Source: Candidatus Saccharimonadota bacterium (GTDB lineage Bacteria > Patescibacteriota > Microgenomatia > UBA1406 > GWC2-37-13). From it: a stretch of 32,000 bases of DNA. The notes below the pieces were generated by a model. That model did not search any database. It had not been told where the DNA came from and was given only the letters and a program-made list of their open reading frames with translations. The translations under genes were made by a program, and so were the position numbers. The stretch is taken from NCBI GenBank assembly GCA_016700135.1, contig CP065004.1, positions 690,001-722,000 on the forward strand. Reading direction: 5' to 3'. This document shows, piece by piece, positions 23,462 through 32,000 of this stretch (positions within the stretch are counted from its first letter, which is position 1; each line of letters opens with the position of its first letter).

Positions 23462-24642
23462 ATCTTTTTAAAGGCCTGATCAAGATCCGCAATGATATCG
23501 GCAGGATCTTCAATCCCGACAGATATTCGAATAAGTCCTTCGCCGATACCTGATGCCTTGCGCTCTTCAGGAGACAATTCGGAATGAGTCATCGATGCAG
23601 GATGTTCAATCAGACTTTCGACTGCGCCGAGAGAAACGGCAAGTAGGATCATCTGGACAGAGTTCACCAGTTTTTCACCCGCTTTATAACCGCCCTTGAT
23701 TTCAAACGACATCACTGAACCGAATCCGTTCATTTGCTTTTTGGCCAATTCATACTGAGGATGGGACTTTAATCCGGGATAATATACTTTTTCAACCAGG
23801 GGATGACTCTCCAAATATTCTGCTACCTTGAAAGCGTTCTGTTCCTGTTTCCTGAGACGGATCTCCAGAGTAGAAATACCTCTCATTATGAGGTAGGCAG
23901 TAAACGGAGACATAGTGGGACCGTAAAATATATAGCTTGAAGCGAAAAGGGGATCCATATGCTTCAGTTTCCCAAGAATTGCACCGGCTATGACGTCAGA
24001 ATGTCCGCCGATATATTTGGTCAGACTGTGAATGACAATATCGACGCCCATATCATGAGGATATTGGAACGGCGGCGGAGCAAAGGTGTTGTCGATGATC
24101 GAAATTAGATTATGTTTTTTAGCAATCCTGACTATTTTATCGATATCGACCACCTCAAGGAGAGGATTGGTCGGTGTCTCGAAATAAATAACTTTTGTAG
24201 TTTTATCAATCTTCGAAAGAATCTCATCTTCATTGTTGGCGTCAACCATGTGTACGTTAATCCCGTATCTGGGGAGTATATGAGCGATAAATTCATAGGT
24301 TCCGCCATAAAGCACTTTATGAGCAATAATCGAGTCTCCCGCCTTTAAAAAATGGAGCAATGTCAGTGAAATAGCAGCCATTCCCGATGATGTCGCAAGT
24401 GCACGTTCCGCATGTTCCAGCGCAGCCAATCGTTTTTCCAAAGCATACACGGTAGGATTCGTGAATCGTGAATAGATAAGCCCTTTTTTCTTACCTGAAA
24501 ATCGTAGCGCTCCTTCTTTTGCTGTTGGAAACTGATAAGTGGAAGAAGGGTAAATAGGAGGAACAACAGAACCGAAGTGGGGGTCTGCCTTATGTACTCC
24601 AATGTGAATGTTTTGAGAAGAAAATTTCAGCCAGTTCTTCAT
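23458..24642 (-). CDS. PLP-dependent Cys/Met-metabolism enzyme (methionine gamma-lyase / cystathionine gamma-synthase / beta-lyase family)
   Basis: HSLTKYIGGHSDVIAGA (PLP-binding Lys), SGMAAI, YGGTY and ESLIEHPASMTH are signatures of the trans-sulfuration family. Confidence 0.85.
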   Translation of the reverse strand: MKNWLKFSSQNIHIGVHKADPHFGSVVPPIYPSSTYQFPTAKEGALRFSGKKKGLIYSRFTNPTVYALEKRLAALEHAERALATSSGMAAISLTLLHFLKAGDSIIAHKVLYGGTYEFIAHILPRYGINVHMVDANNEDEILSKIDKTTKVIYFETPTNPLLEVVDIDKIVRIAKKHNLISIIDNTFAPPPFQYPHDMGVDIVIHSLTKYIGGHSDVIAGAILGKLKHMDPLFASSYIFYGPTMSPFTAYLIMRGISTLEIRLRKQEQNAFKVAEYLESHPLVEKVYYPGLKSHPQYELAKKQMNGFGSVMSFEIKGGYKAGEKLVNSVQMILLAVSLGAVESLIEHPASMTHSELSPEERKASGIGEGLIRISVGIEDPADIIADLDQAFKKI

Positions 24643-24784
24643 GATAAATATAAATCGATAACTTATAAGTATGATAACATATGAAATAGCGTTTAGAAAG
24701 GAAATAACTCATTCAATAAGTATAGAATTATTCACTCCTTTAAAGTCACATACACACCGTTGTGTAATGAAGAAGCTGGAAGTA

Positions 24785-25561
24785 TTACTGTTTTTGACCG
24801 TCTTGACCTGGAGGTGTACTGTTCACCTGATTCTGCAGGTTTTGCAAAACCGAATTCAAGGCGTCACTTGCTGGTTGCGGAGCCGCCGGCTGTTGCTGAG
24901 AAGGCTGGACAACCGATGCATCCGGTGATTGTACAGCGGATGCTTCAGCTACGGGAGTCTGTTCAGTCTGCGGGGCCGGAGCTGCTGAAGGTTGCTGATC
25001 ACCAGAAAGTGAAATAGGTCCGATTGAATCATTTGAAGCGGGTGCGGCCGGAGTAATCGGTTCAACAGGTTGTGCTACCGGCATATCTGCTGACGGTGTG
25101 ACCGTTGAGTCATCCTGTGAAAGCGATTCTACGGCAATCGGTGCGGGTTCTGGGGCTTGAGCGGCAGGCTGGGAGTCTACCGGGGCTGGAGCATCAGCGG
25201 GCTGGGATGTATTTTCCTGTTTGGCTTCTTCGGGTTGAGGTGCGGCATCGGCATTCACTGCTGTCGATGAGGCTGCAACCGCAGCTGTCTGTACGGGCTG
25301 AGCTGATACAGGTGCCAGTCCAAGTGCCTTATCGAATTCTTCCTGTGTGAAACCCTTCAGTACAATAGGTTCTCCGGAATCCTTTTCAATTTTTGTGACT
25401 GGAGTGCCTGCAAAGTTATTTGAGACAGCAAGCATTTCAGTCAGAAAATCACGGTTGGTTTCAAGGTTTTTTTCCTCAAATTCCACATTATTCTTTTTTA
25501 AGTACTCTTTCTCAGCCTGTGAGAACTTACAGTCATTGATTGTATAAACGGTAATTTTCAT
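24785..25561 (-). CDS. Glutaredoxin/NrdH-like domain (CxxS) fused to a roughly 170-aa Pro/Ala/Gln-rich low-complexity tail
   Basis: MKITVYTINDCKFSQAEKEYLKKNNVEFEEKNL...GTPVTKI has a thioredoxin-fold layout. The active site is CKFS (monothiol) and a cis-Pro motif follows. The remainder is PAQ-rich. Confidence 0.65.
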   Translation of the reverse strand: MKITVYTINDCKFSQAEKEYLKKNNVEFEEKNLETNRDFLTEMLAVSNNFAGTPVTKIEKDSGEPIVLKGFTQEEFDKALGLAPVSAQPVQTAAVAASSTAVNADAAPQPEEAKQENTSQPADAPAPVDSQPAAQAPEPAPIAVESLSQDDSTVTPSADMPVAQPVEPITPAAPASNDSIGPISLSGDQQPSAAPAPQTEQTPVAEASAVQSPDASVVQPSQQQPAAPQPASDALNSVLQNLQNQVNSTPPGQDGQKQ

Positions 25562-25612
25562 ATGATAATGGAATTTGATAACACTGTATCTCTGTCGATA
25601 CTCCTTTCAATC

Positions 25613-25641
25613 ATTATGATGAAACTCTGATACTTTGTCAA
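25613..25641 (-). promoter_or_regulatory. Promoter TTGACA-17 nt-CATAAT for the glutaredoxin-like gene (about 45-nt leader)
   Basis: On the minus strand, TTGACA is the reverse complement of 25636-25641 and CATAAT is the reverse complement of 25613-25618. Confidence 0.5.
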
Positions 25642-25643
25642 GC

Positions 25644-27614
25644 TTATATCGTCGGGCTTGATTTGCGCTTCATCATGTACACCGTAATCACAATTCCGAC
25701 TACTGCAATGCCGATTATTCCCATGAATATCAGGAAATACGGACTGGTATTTGACTGCGGCTGTCCATTAGCAGACGGGGACGGTGAGACCGCTGTGTTT
25801 GCCGGTGCAGTCGGAGCAGTAGATCCCGTATCTGCAGAGCGCGGCTGAAAAGACGGCGTAACTGTTGCTCTCGGATTTGTCGCTTCGGTCACATATTGAT
25901 ACGGATTGACTTTTTCTACCTGCATGAACTCATTATTCTGTGCCAAAAACTGTGAGGTTGTCACGGTGACTTTACTCCCGTCTGCAGTGGTGTATGTCAC
26001 TGTGTACGGATTTTTCGGCAGATGATTGGATGTGATTCTGAAAAAGCCATTCTCATTTGCCTGGACTTGGTAAAGAGGTCGGGGAGAGAATGAAACGTAA
26101 ATACTCACCGTAGCATTCGGGATAGTATGTCCCGTTGAGTCATATGCAAATCCTTCAAGATAAGTCGGGATCGGTTCAACGGTGAAACTTACAGCTGACT
26201 CCTGTGCTGACACCTCAGGAACAAGAGCACTCAAAATTTTCTGAATATGTTTCATGACCGGTGAAATTTTCGTTTGTACCGGATTGACGGTAAGAGGTTC
26301 AAAGGAAACTTTGTAATTCTCTCCGGCCTGAAGATCAGTCTGTTTTGCTGTGATATTGTACGAAAAGTTGTTGTCAGGTGAAGGACCGCCTGCGCCCGGT
26401 GCATACTCTTTCCGGTCACGGCAGTTCGGGATGCCTGAAAGATTGGAACAAATCTCAAGAACGAGCGTTGCGGGTGCATTGACCCGTCCGGTGATTTCAA
26501 CAATCCCTCGCGGAGTTGTGTTAATCACGCTGCTCAAGACCTGGAATACGAATTGCGGTCTTTGCTGTCCGGGTTTGACTACCAGCGGAATATTCTTTAC
26601 CTGACGCGTCCCCGCTTTTTCATAAATCGGCTTGGAATTGGAATAATAGTTTTTTCCTGTCGGATAAATCTTGGCTACTGAGGCTGGGATAGTCACCTGC
26701 TTGTCAGCCATGTGCTGATAGACACCGTGCTGTGGTACAATCGTGTAGTAACCTTCAGCACCATAGAATCGATAAAACCCTGCGGCGGTTGACATGAGGG
26801 GATTGTCGGTTCCGGGAGGCAGTACTGCATCAAGTCCGCTCGTTGCCTTTGTAAAAGGTCCGGCAGCAGCTTCACTGTAATTAATGGCAAGACTCACATC
26901 ACCGAGAGGTATACCTGTCTGAGCATCAAATACGATCCCTTCAGGATCCCACGTTACTCCCTGACATGTATCAGAAAGATCGGGGAATGAAAGAGTTGCC
27001 TGTTTTTGGCCTGCATCGACAGAACCGATGGTACCTACTCCTTCATTTACACGTGTCCATACGAGAAAACGTCTGGTAAGTGTTTGGTTCGTTCTGCTTT
27101 GCCATTCGATTTTTGATGGTACGATTGTGCCTTGAGCATCAGTGCTGATTTTCATCGGATCTTTCTTCTCAAATTCCTGTGATGTACTGTTGTAGTAATA
27201 TGTCCCGTAGGATTCTCCCGCAGAAAGAGTGTATCCTGTGCTGTTTTTCAGCTCGGTAAAAAAATCACAGGAAGAAGGATCGGGATTGTCTGCTCCGCAG
27301 AACAATTCCTGATCGAGGGCTGTACTGCCTGTCGTACAAATCGTTTCGGGAGTGTTGGTCGCGGCGTTTACGACTTCAATACATTCTGTGACGTATGCTT
27401 CAGGGCTGCTGGGGGTTGCGGTAAATTCAGGATCAGTTGTCAGTTGGACGCGGTGCACATGATTTGTGGAACATTCAGCATCATCGTCGGTGCACCATTG
27501 TGCTTGAAGACAGCTGTATTGCAATCCCGGCAAGGTTTCCTGTGCGTTCACCTTGGAGAAAGGTATCAATAGTAATAAGAAGGTTAGTAGGGATACAAGT
27601 CGATATTTGCTCAT
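25644..27614 (-). CDS. Secreted/cell-surface protein (656 aa) with a Cys-rich N-terminal region, a carboxypeptidase-regulatory-like beta-sandwich and a C-terminal TM anchor
   Basis: Signal peptide MSKYRLVSLLTFLLLLIPFSKVNAQ. GHTIPNATVSIYVS...NGFFRITS resembles a CarboxypepD_reg fold. C-terminus: a Pro/Ser/Ala linker, then FLIFMGIIGIAVVGIVITVYMM, then KRKSS. Confidence 0.65.
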   Translation of the reverse strand: MSKYRLVSLLTFLLLLIPFSKVNAQETLPGLQYSCLQAQWCTDDDAECSTNHVHRVQLTTDPEFTATPSSPEAYVTECIEVVNAATNTPETICTTGSTALDQELFCGADNPDPSSCDFFTELKNSTGYTLSAGESYGTYYYNSTSQEFEKKDPMKISTDAQGTIVPSKIEWQSRTNQTLTRRFLVWTRVNEGVGTIGSVDAGQKQATLSFPDLSDTCQGVTWDPEGIVFDAQTGIPLGDVSLAINYSEAAAGPFTKATSGLDAVLPPGTDNPLMSTAAGFYRFYGAEGYYTIVPQHGVYQHMADKQVTIPASVAKIYPTGKNYYSNSKPIYEKAGTRQVKNIPLVVKPGQQRPQFVFQVLSSVINTTPRGIVEITGRVNAPATLVLEICSNLSGIPNCRDRKEYAPGAGGPSPDNNFSYNITAKQTDLQAGENYKVSFEPLTVNPVQTKISPVMKHIQKILSALVPEVSAQESAVSFTVEPIPTYLEGFAYDSTGHTIPNATVSIYVSFSPRPLYQVQANENGFFRITSNHLPKNPYTVTYTTADGSKVTVTTSQFLAQNNEFMQVEKVNPYQYVTEATNPRATVTPSFQPRSADTGSTAPTAPANTAVSPSPSANGQPQSNTSPYFLIFMGIIGIAVVGIVITVYMMKRKSSPTI

Positions 27615-27695
27615 AATTTTATAGTTGCATACTGATAAAAGAATGTCAACAGTATTTCGATTGCATCATTTTTAAAAAAGTATTATCTTTATCTT

Positions 27696-29162
27696 ATGCC
27701 CCAGAAGAAGAAAAAAAACGGAAAAAAATCGCTTCATTTTCTCCCCGTTTTTCTCGGAATACTAGTGTCGTTGGGGCTTCTCGTCAGTGTCTATTCCAAG
27801 TTAAACCGCGAAGTACAGGCGGTTCCTTCATATACGTTACGTGTCCTTACTCCAAGTGATCAAATCCGCAACGGCGGCACTTTAGAATTCGGGATAGATT
27901 TGGCTCAGTACCGTTCCGGTGAACGTCTGCGGATTGGGGCAAAATTTGATAGCCGGAAACTCCGGCTTGATACGGTGGCAGACGGTGCAGTCGGAGATGT
28001 CACATGGACTGTGGAAGGGGATGGAGATGAAAAGAGAATCATTCTTTCTGCTCCGACGCTGAATCGGGATTATGACACTCCTGTTAGATTTGCGGTTTTA
28101 CGGTTTACCATTGACGATCAGTCCGGCGAGACTAATGCGGATGGTCGGGGTTTTACGGAGATATGTACACTGTTTACTCCTGACGAAACGCAGGCTACGC
28201 CGACAACATCGGAAGGTCAACCCACTGCAGAGCCAAGTACCGCCACAGCAGCACCCACAGAACCTCCGGAAACGTTTCCGTCACCGACTCCGATCGATGC
28301 GTCCGATCTTGATCGTGACAAGCTATGTATTCCGCTTGAGGTTAACGGTTCGCCGGCAGATAAAATGGACTGGGTCTTTTATCCGATTAATTATGAATCG
28401 AATGACTTTGATACATTTTTTGAAGAATCACATCTTGCGGTTTCCCGGTTGGCAGGTACCAATCTATCCGGTTATAGGAGAGAAGTACTGGACAAACAGA
28501 ATTGGTACATCTTTAATCCCTCTCACAGCAGCGTTCCGGAACAGTACCGCAACAGGAAGATAACCAATGAGAATATGAATGAGTTTCTCCAGGCAGTTCA
28601 ACCGCTTTGTCCTCATGACCGTTTTGTGATTCTCGTCGGGAATGTCGAGTATCTGAATGACAACGGCAATATCATAGGCGGTCAGGCGGCTTTTTATATC
28701 GGGATGATTTATCCGGCAAAAGGACTGTATATGGAAGAAGGAAACGGCTTTGCGCATGAATGGGGACATGCAGCGGCAGCTCTTATGGATGAGTATGATG
28801 CCGGACAATGGATATCAGGAGGAGATGCCACGACAGGTTTCAACTGCACACGTGAACCGTCTGATGCAGGTCCCGTCGGTGATCCCTGTCCGTACGGCCG
28901 ATGTACATCACAGGCAGACGAAGCCAGATATCAAAAAGCATGTCCGAAATGGGATTGTGCTTTGAAAGAGTGTACTGAACTTGAAAGAAGACTTTTTGAG
29001 GGAGCGGGTTGTTTCCCTCGCTGCAGCTCACAGCAGGGATATCGTCCGAACAAAATCAGTGTAATGGACGGTCTCGTTTTCGGCGCAGGACCTGATGTCC
29101 ATAAATTCAACGGCGTCTCATTGTACAGTATTATTAGATACACATTCGGCAACTATCGATAA
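27696..29162 (+). CDS. Membrane-anchored M64-like zinc metallopeptidase with a Cys-rich C-terminal region
   Basis: Lys-rich N-terminus plus a TM helix. HEWGHAAAALMDEYD (28755 onward) matches the HExGH...L.DEY signature of the IgA-peptidase M64 family. Ten Cys residues lie in the last 110 aa. Confidence 0.6.
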   Translation: MPQKKKKNGKKSLHFLPVFLGILVSLGLLVSVYSKLNREVQAVPSYTLRVLTPSDQIRNGGTLEFGIDLAQYRSGERLRIGAKFDSRKLRLDTVADGAVGDVTWTVEGDGDEKRIILSAPTLNRDYDTPVRFAVLRFTIDDQSGETNADGRGFTEICTLFTPDETQATPTTSEGQPTAEPSTATAAPTEPPETFPSPTPIDASDLDRDKLCIPLEVNGSPADKMDWVFYPINYESNDFDTFFEESHLAVSRLAGTNLSGYRREVLDKQNWYIFNPSHSSVPEQYRNRKITNENMNEFLQAVQPLCPHDRFVILVGNVEYLNDNGNIIGGQAAFYIGMIYPAKGLYMEEGNGFAHEWGHAAAALMDEYDAGQWISGGDATTGFNCTREPSDAGPVGDPCPYGRCTSQADEARYQKACPKWDCALKECTELERRLFEGAGCFPRCSSQQGYRPNKISVMDGLVFGAGPDVHKFNGVSLYSIIRYTFGNYR

Positions 29163-29165
29163 TCT

Positions 29166-29735
29166 ATGAATATTTTCGGAAGAAAAACAACGTATCGGGT
29201 AAAAGTCGGAATTGCATTATTTTCGGCAATTCTATTGAGTTTCTTTATCCTTTTAGTATGGCGGCCTAAACAGAATGATATTCCCGTAGAGCCGTATGCA
29301 ATCCGCCTCGCCCTCACACAGGCAGAAGATAAAACACTCAGTGTCGGTTCCGTCGATACGCTTGCAGGTTATGCGCCGGATTATCAGACAGATATGCAGG
29401 ACAATTATTACCTAATGAAGATTATGGACCGTGATAAAGTATTATTTACCGGAAAGATGCCGAAATCACAGATTATTGTGAAAGAGAAGATAGACGGTGA
29501 TGATAAGCGTGCGATATATGAAGAGAAAGGGTGGGGGACATTTGATCTGCTTATTCCGTTTTATGAGACTGCGACTATGCTGGTTTTTACTGATGAGTCA
29601 GGTACGGAGATGCTTTCTCTGGACTTGCAGCGTCTGTCACTGCCTACGCCGGAGCCCAAAAGAGAAGCATGCGGTGACGGCATATGTGCCGATGACGAAA
29701 ATATCCTGATGTGCTACAAGGATTGCTCGTTCTAG
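29166..29735 (+). CDS. Hypothetical membrane-anchored protein ending in a CGDGIC...C..DC Cys motif
   Basis: N-terminal TM helix (VGIALFSAILLSFFILLVW). C-terminus EACGDGICADDENILMCYKDCSF. It starts 4 nt after the stop of the M64-like gene. Confidence 0.55.
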   Translation: MNIFGRKTTYRVKVGIALFSAILLSFFILLVWRPKQNDIPVEPYAIRLALTQAEDKTLSVGSVDTLAGYAPDYQTDMQDNYYLMKIMDRDKVLFTGKMPKSQIIVKEKIDGDDKRAIYEEKGWGTFDLLIPFYETATMLVFTDESGTEMLSLDLQRLSLPTPEPKREACGDGICADDENILMCYKDCSF

Positions 29736-29737
29736 GA

Positions 29738-30622
29738 TTATTTATCAAGGAGATTATTCCAATCCTGGACAAATTTATTCAGTCCTTCATCAAGCAATGA
29801 TCCTTCTTCTTTTACGACTTCATACTGAGTGTAATCGTCATGATATGCAAGCTCTTTGTAAAGGATTGCATGAAGGCCTTCCGTGTCAATTCTGTACTTT
29901 TCATCCGGTACCCATCGTTCCTGTTCGATCCAATCGCGGATAATGCTCATGGGAATCGTTACGATGTCGGCGCCGAGGAAGATGGAAGCATAAAAATGAT
30001 CAAGACTTCGAATTGATGCAGCAAGCACTTCCACATGCTGTTTGTGCTCATTGCGCTTGGAATCGAACTCTTTGTACATTTTGATAATGTTTTTGATAAG
30101 ATCGAGACCTCTATAACCCCGGTCATCCCAGCGTCCGATAAAAGGCGATACGAATGCAGGTTGAAAAGTCGGTAGGGTTGCTGCATAGACAGCTGCTGCC
30201 TGATTCTGATCGAAAACAAGAGTCATATTTACTTTGCCCCCGCCTTTCACAAATTCATTTGCGGCTTTCAAACCTTCTGGAATGGTTGGGAATTTGATAT
30301 ATATATTCCGTCCCCATTTATGCATTTCTTTGGCCTGCGCAAGCATCTGGTCAGCTTTTGTATCCCAATCCGCATATGTCTCGACCGATATCGGTCCGGC
30401 TATTTCTTTGTCAATTTTTTCAATGATCTGGCGATACATATTGAGAAGTTCATCTTCTTTCAGTTTGTTTCCTTTTGCAAGATAAGCCTGTACCTCAGGA
30501 TTTTTGGCGACGAGACTCGGATTTGTGGTTTGTCCGTCCAGGAAACCAAGAAGTGACTTTGCTTTTTTGGTTTCTTCAGGATCCCCGGAATCGAGGAATA
30601 TTTTGGGTAATTTGATTGACAT
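29738..30622 (-). CDS. tal: Transaldolase (short TalC/FSA-like class)
   Basis: ATG at 30622 gives MSIKLPKIFLDSGDPEETKKA...GQTTNPSL, the Schiff-base Lys context NIYIKFP, MTLVFDQNQA and VSPFIGRWDD. The 66 codons upstream in the track ORF are unlikely to be coding. Confidence 0.8.
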   Translation of the reverse strand: MSIKLPKIFLDSGDPEETKKAKSLLGFLDGQTTNPSLVAKNPEVQAYLAKGNKLKEDELLNMYRQIIEKIDKEIAGPISVETYADWDTKADQMLAQAKEMHKWGRNIYIKFPTIPEGLKAANEFVKGGGKVNMTLVFDQNQAAAVYAATLPTFQPAFVSPFIGRWDDRGYRGLDLIKNIIKMYKEFDSKRNEHKQHVEVLAASIRSLDHFYASIFLGADIVTIPMSIIRDWIEQERWVPDEKYRIDTEGLHAILYKELAYHDDYTQYEVVKEEGSLLDEGLNKFVQDWNNLLDK

Positions 30623-30689
30623 ATCCAAGTAGTATATCGTATTTTGCCTCAGCAATCTAGTAATAAAACCGTAAGATGCATGAAGAAGG

Positions 30690-30695
30690 TATAAT
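30690..30695 (+). promoter_or_regulatory. A -10 hexamer TATAAT 6 nt upstream of the GH18-like ATG (leaderless-type)
   Basis: TATAAT-ATACTG-ATG. There is no Shine-Dalgarno sequence and no convincing -35 element. Confidence 0.4.
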
Positions 30696-30701
30696 ATACT
30701 G

Positions 30702-31769
30702 ATGAAACGTATTATTATTGTCACAGTACTTGTTCTTGTAGTCTCGGGTTGGCTGTATTTTTCCGGAGTCGGTGAGCAGGAGCAGAGTACATACACACCG
30801 GTTTCTCCAACCATTATCACACCGGAAAAGCCGGTACCCGCAGATATTGCGCACGAGATGATGTTTATTCCGTACTGGAATATTCCTTCAGGTGAAGAAA
30901 CTTCAGAATATGATTCACTTATTTACTTCGGAGTAGCTCCGGACACTGACGGATCTCTCAAAGAGGATGAAGGTCGGTCAAAACTCGAACTATTTATAGA
31001 ACGATCTTCATCTGCCAGGAAACAATATATCACCGTCCGTATGCTGAACACGGAAACGAATATTGAGATCCTTGAAAGTCCGGAAGCACAGGAAAAACTG
31101 ATCAGAGAAGTTACGGAAATTGCTCAAATATACCGATTTGACGGCATTGTACTTGACCTTGAGATGAGTGTGATTCCTTTCTCCGATACTAAGGAAGATA
31201 TCTCCGACTTTATTGAAAAAGTTTCCGGATCACTTCATCAGGAGAACCTTGAAGTCCTCATTACTCTTTATGGAGATACCTTCTATCGGGGCCGTCCGTA
31301 TGATGTATCCTTCCTGGGAGAGCAAGTCGACGGTATTTTGATCATGGCATATGATTTCCATAAAAGCAGAGGAGAGCCGGGACCGAATTTTCCGTTTGAC
31401 CGCAAGGAAGAATACGATTTTAAGCAAATGGTGCAGGATTTTTCGAAAAATGTTGATAACGAAAAAATTACGGTAATATTCGGCATGTACGGCTATGACT
31501 GGACACTTGGGGAACAGGGACTTCCGTTAAAGTCAGCTCAAGCAATACCTCTTTACGAAATTGAATCTGACATCCTGCCGGGATGCAACGGAGATTGTAC
31601 TATCTCGACGGATAAAACTTCTTCTGAAACCAAGGTCACATACTCAGACTCTGAAGGATATGATCATGTCCTGTGGTTTGAGAGTGAAGATTCAGTTGAG
31701 GTGAAAATGAAGTATCTTGAAGAGCAGGGGATAGGAAGTATCGGTTACTGGGTGTGGGGATACTTTTAA
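30702..31769 (+). CDS. Glycoside hydrolase family 18-like protein (membrane anchored)
   Basis: N-terminal TM helix. FDGIVLDLE matches the GH18 DGxDxDxE motif, but with Val in place of the middle Asp. C-terminal GIGSIGYWVWGY. Confidence 0.6.
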   Translation: MKRIIIVTVLVLVVSGWLYFSGVGEQEQSTYTPVSPTIITPEKPVPADIAHEMMFIPYWNIPSGEETSEYDSLIYFGVAPDTDGSLKEDEGRSKLELFIERSSSARKQYITVRMLNTETNIEILESPEAQEKLIREVTEIAQIYRFDGIVLDLEMSVIPFSDTKEDISDFIEKVSGSLHQENLEVLITLYGDTFYRGRPYDVSFLGEQVDGILIMAYDFHKSRGEPGPNFPFDRKEEYDFKQMVQDFSKNVDNEKITVIFGMYGYDWTLGEQGLPLKSAQAIPLYEIESDILPGCNGDCTISTDKTSSETKVTYSDSEGYDHVLWFESEDSVEVKMKYLEEQGIGSIGYWVWGYF

Positions 31770-32000
31770 ACTTTCCAGCCCTGTGCTATCCTTCGTGCTT
31801 TAATATCCACTTCATAATTTTTTGCTTTTCTACGGATACCAGTACCTATCTGTACCATAACATTTCTCAGCGTTCCTCTCACGCCGATCAAACTCATCAG
31901 GTTGCTGTTGACACTCTTGAACTCATTGACATTTATTGCCGTGATGTCGGCGTAGCGGGCCATGTGAGTTGCCTGAGCGGCAATCTGATTTGAGAGCTGT
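31766..32000 (-). CDS. C-terminal part of a hypothetical protein; the ORF is open to the window edge
   Basis: The minus-strand frame reads QLSNQIAAQATHMARYADITAINVNEFKSVNSNLMSLIGVRG...GWKV with no stop before nt 32000. Its stop overlaps the GH18-like stop (TTAA). Product not recognised. Confidence 0.4.
   Translation of the reverse strand, partial: QLSNQIAAQATHMARYADITAINVNEFKSVNSNLMSLIGVRGTLRNVMVQIGTGIRRKAKNYEVDIKARRIAQGWKV

Noticed and set aside
24643-24784. Possible SAM or other riboswitch in the 142-nt leader of the PLP Cys/Met enzyme gene
   Set aside because: The region is AT-rich and lacks the conserved GC-rich helices of SAM-I/II/III. I see only a small hairpin (TACACA-ACGG-TGTGTA on the minus strand) and a weak promoter-like TGACTT-18-TATACT.
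27711-27728. A8 and A7 homopolymers in the first codons of the M64-like gene as a phase-variation switch
   Set aside because: Runs of 8 A or T also occur in ordinary genes and spacers here (for example 8976-8983 and 11044-11051), so this is not distinctive in an AT-rich genome.
28072-28563. A 163-aa Arg-rich alternative-frame ORF inside the M64-like gene
   Set aside because: It is in a different frame of a GC-rich CDS. The Arg/Leu-rich translation is typical of off-frame reading.
29589-29640. CTGATGAG, resembling the hammerhead ribozyme core
   Set aside because: There is no stem II / GAAA / stem III arrangement downstream. It lies in frame within a CDS (FTDESGTEML).
1-32000. Alternative genetic code (UGA recoding), as used in some CPR lineages
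   Set aside because: Long ORFs are intact under the standard code. At least one well-supported gene (16095-17834) ends in TGA. The tRNA-Trp gene has a CCA anticodon, not UCA.

Overview
This is a compact, roughly 90% coding, AT-leaning bacterial chromosome segment with no rRNA genes and no CRISPR array. I call 31 CDS, 6 tRNA genes, one IS481-like insertion sequence and several promoters. All protein calls rest on motif recognition by eye; no database search or HMM was run. The gene content is a prepilin peptidase, a 1355-aa surface fibre, a sortase, a PEGA protein, MreB, a TagA-like glycosyltransferase, many membrane-anchored orphans and very few metabolic genes. Together with start codons that mostly lack Shine-Dalgarno sequences, this suggests a Candidate Phyla Radiation/Patescibacteria-type genome (inference). 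The strongest finding is at 7546-7725. A complete tRNA-Arg(CCU) gene sits exactly at position 37/38 of the anticodon loop of a second tRNA-Arg(CCU) gene. The two halves of the outer gene still form a perfect acceptor stem, with compensatory substitutions relative to the inner copy. Other points worth a second look: (1) a giant fibre protein with an internal S74 autoprocessing domain and a tandem duplication showing 37 synonymous versus 2 replacement codon differences; (2) widespread extended -10 promoters placed 5-9 nt from ATG codons, suggesting leaderless mRNAs; (3) an IS whose transposase ORF reads through its right end into a tRNA-Arg(GCG) gene, plus an exact 13-nt copy of its terminus 3.6 kb upstream; (4) a HAD-like protein with its DxDxT motif at the C-terminus; (5) a higher-GC cluster of secreted Cys-rich proteins that includes an M64-like metalloprotease.
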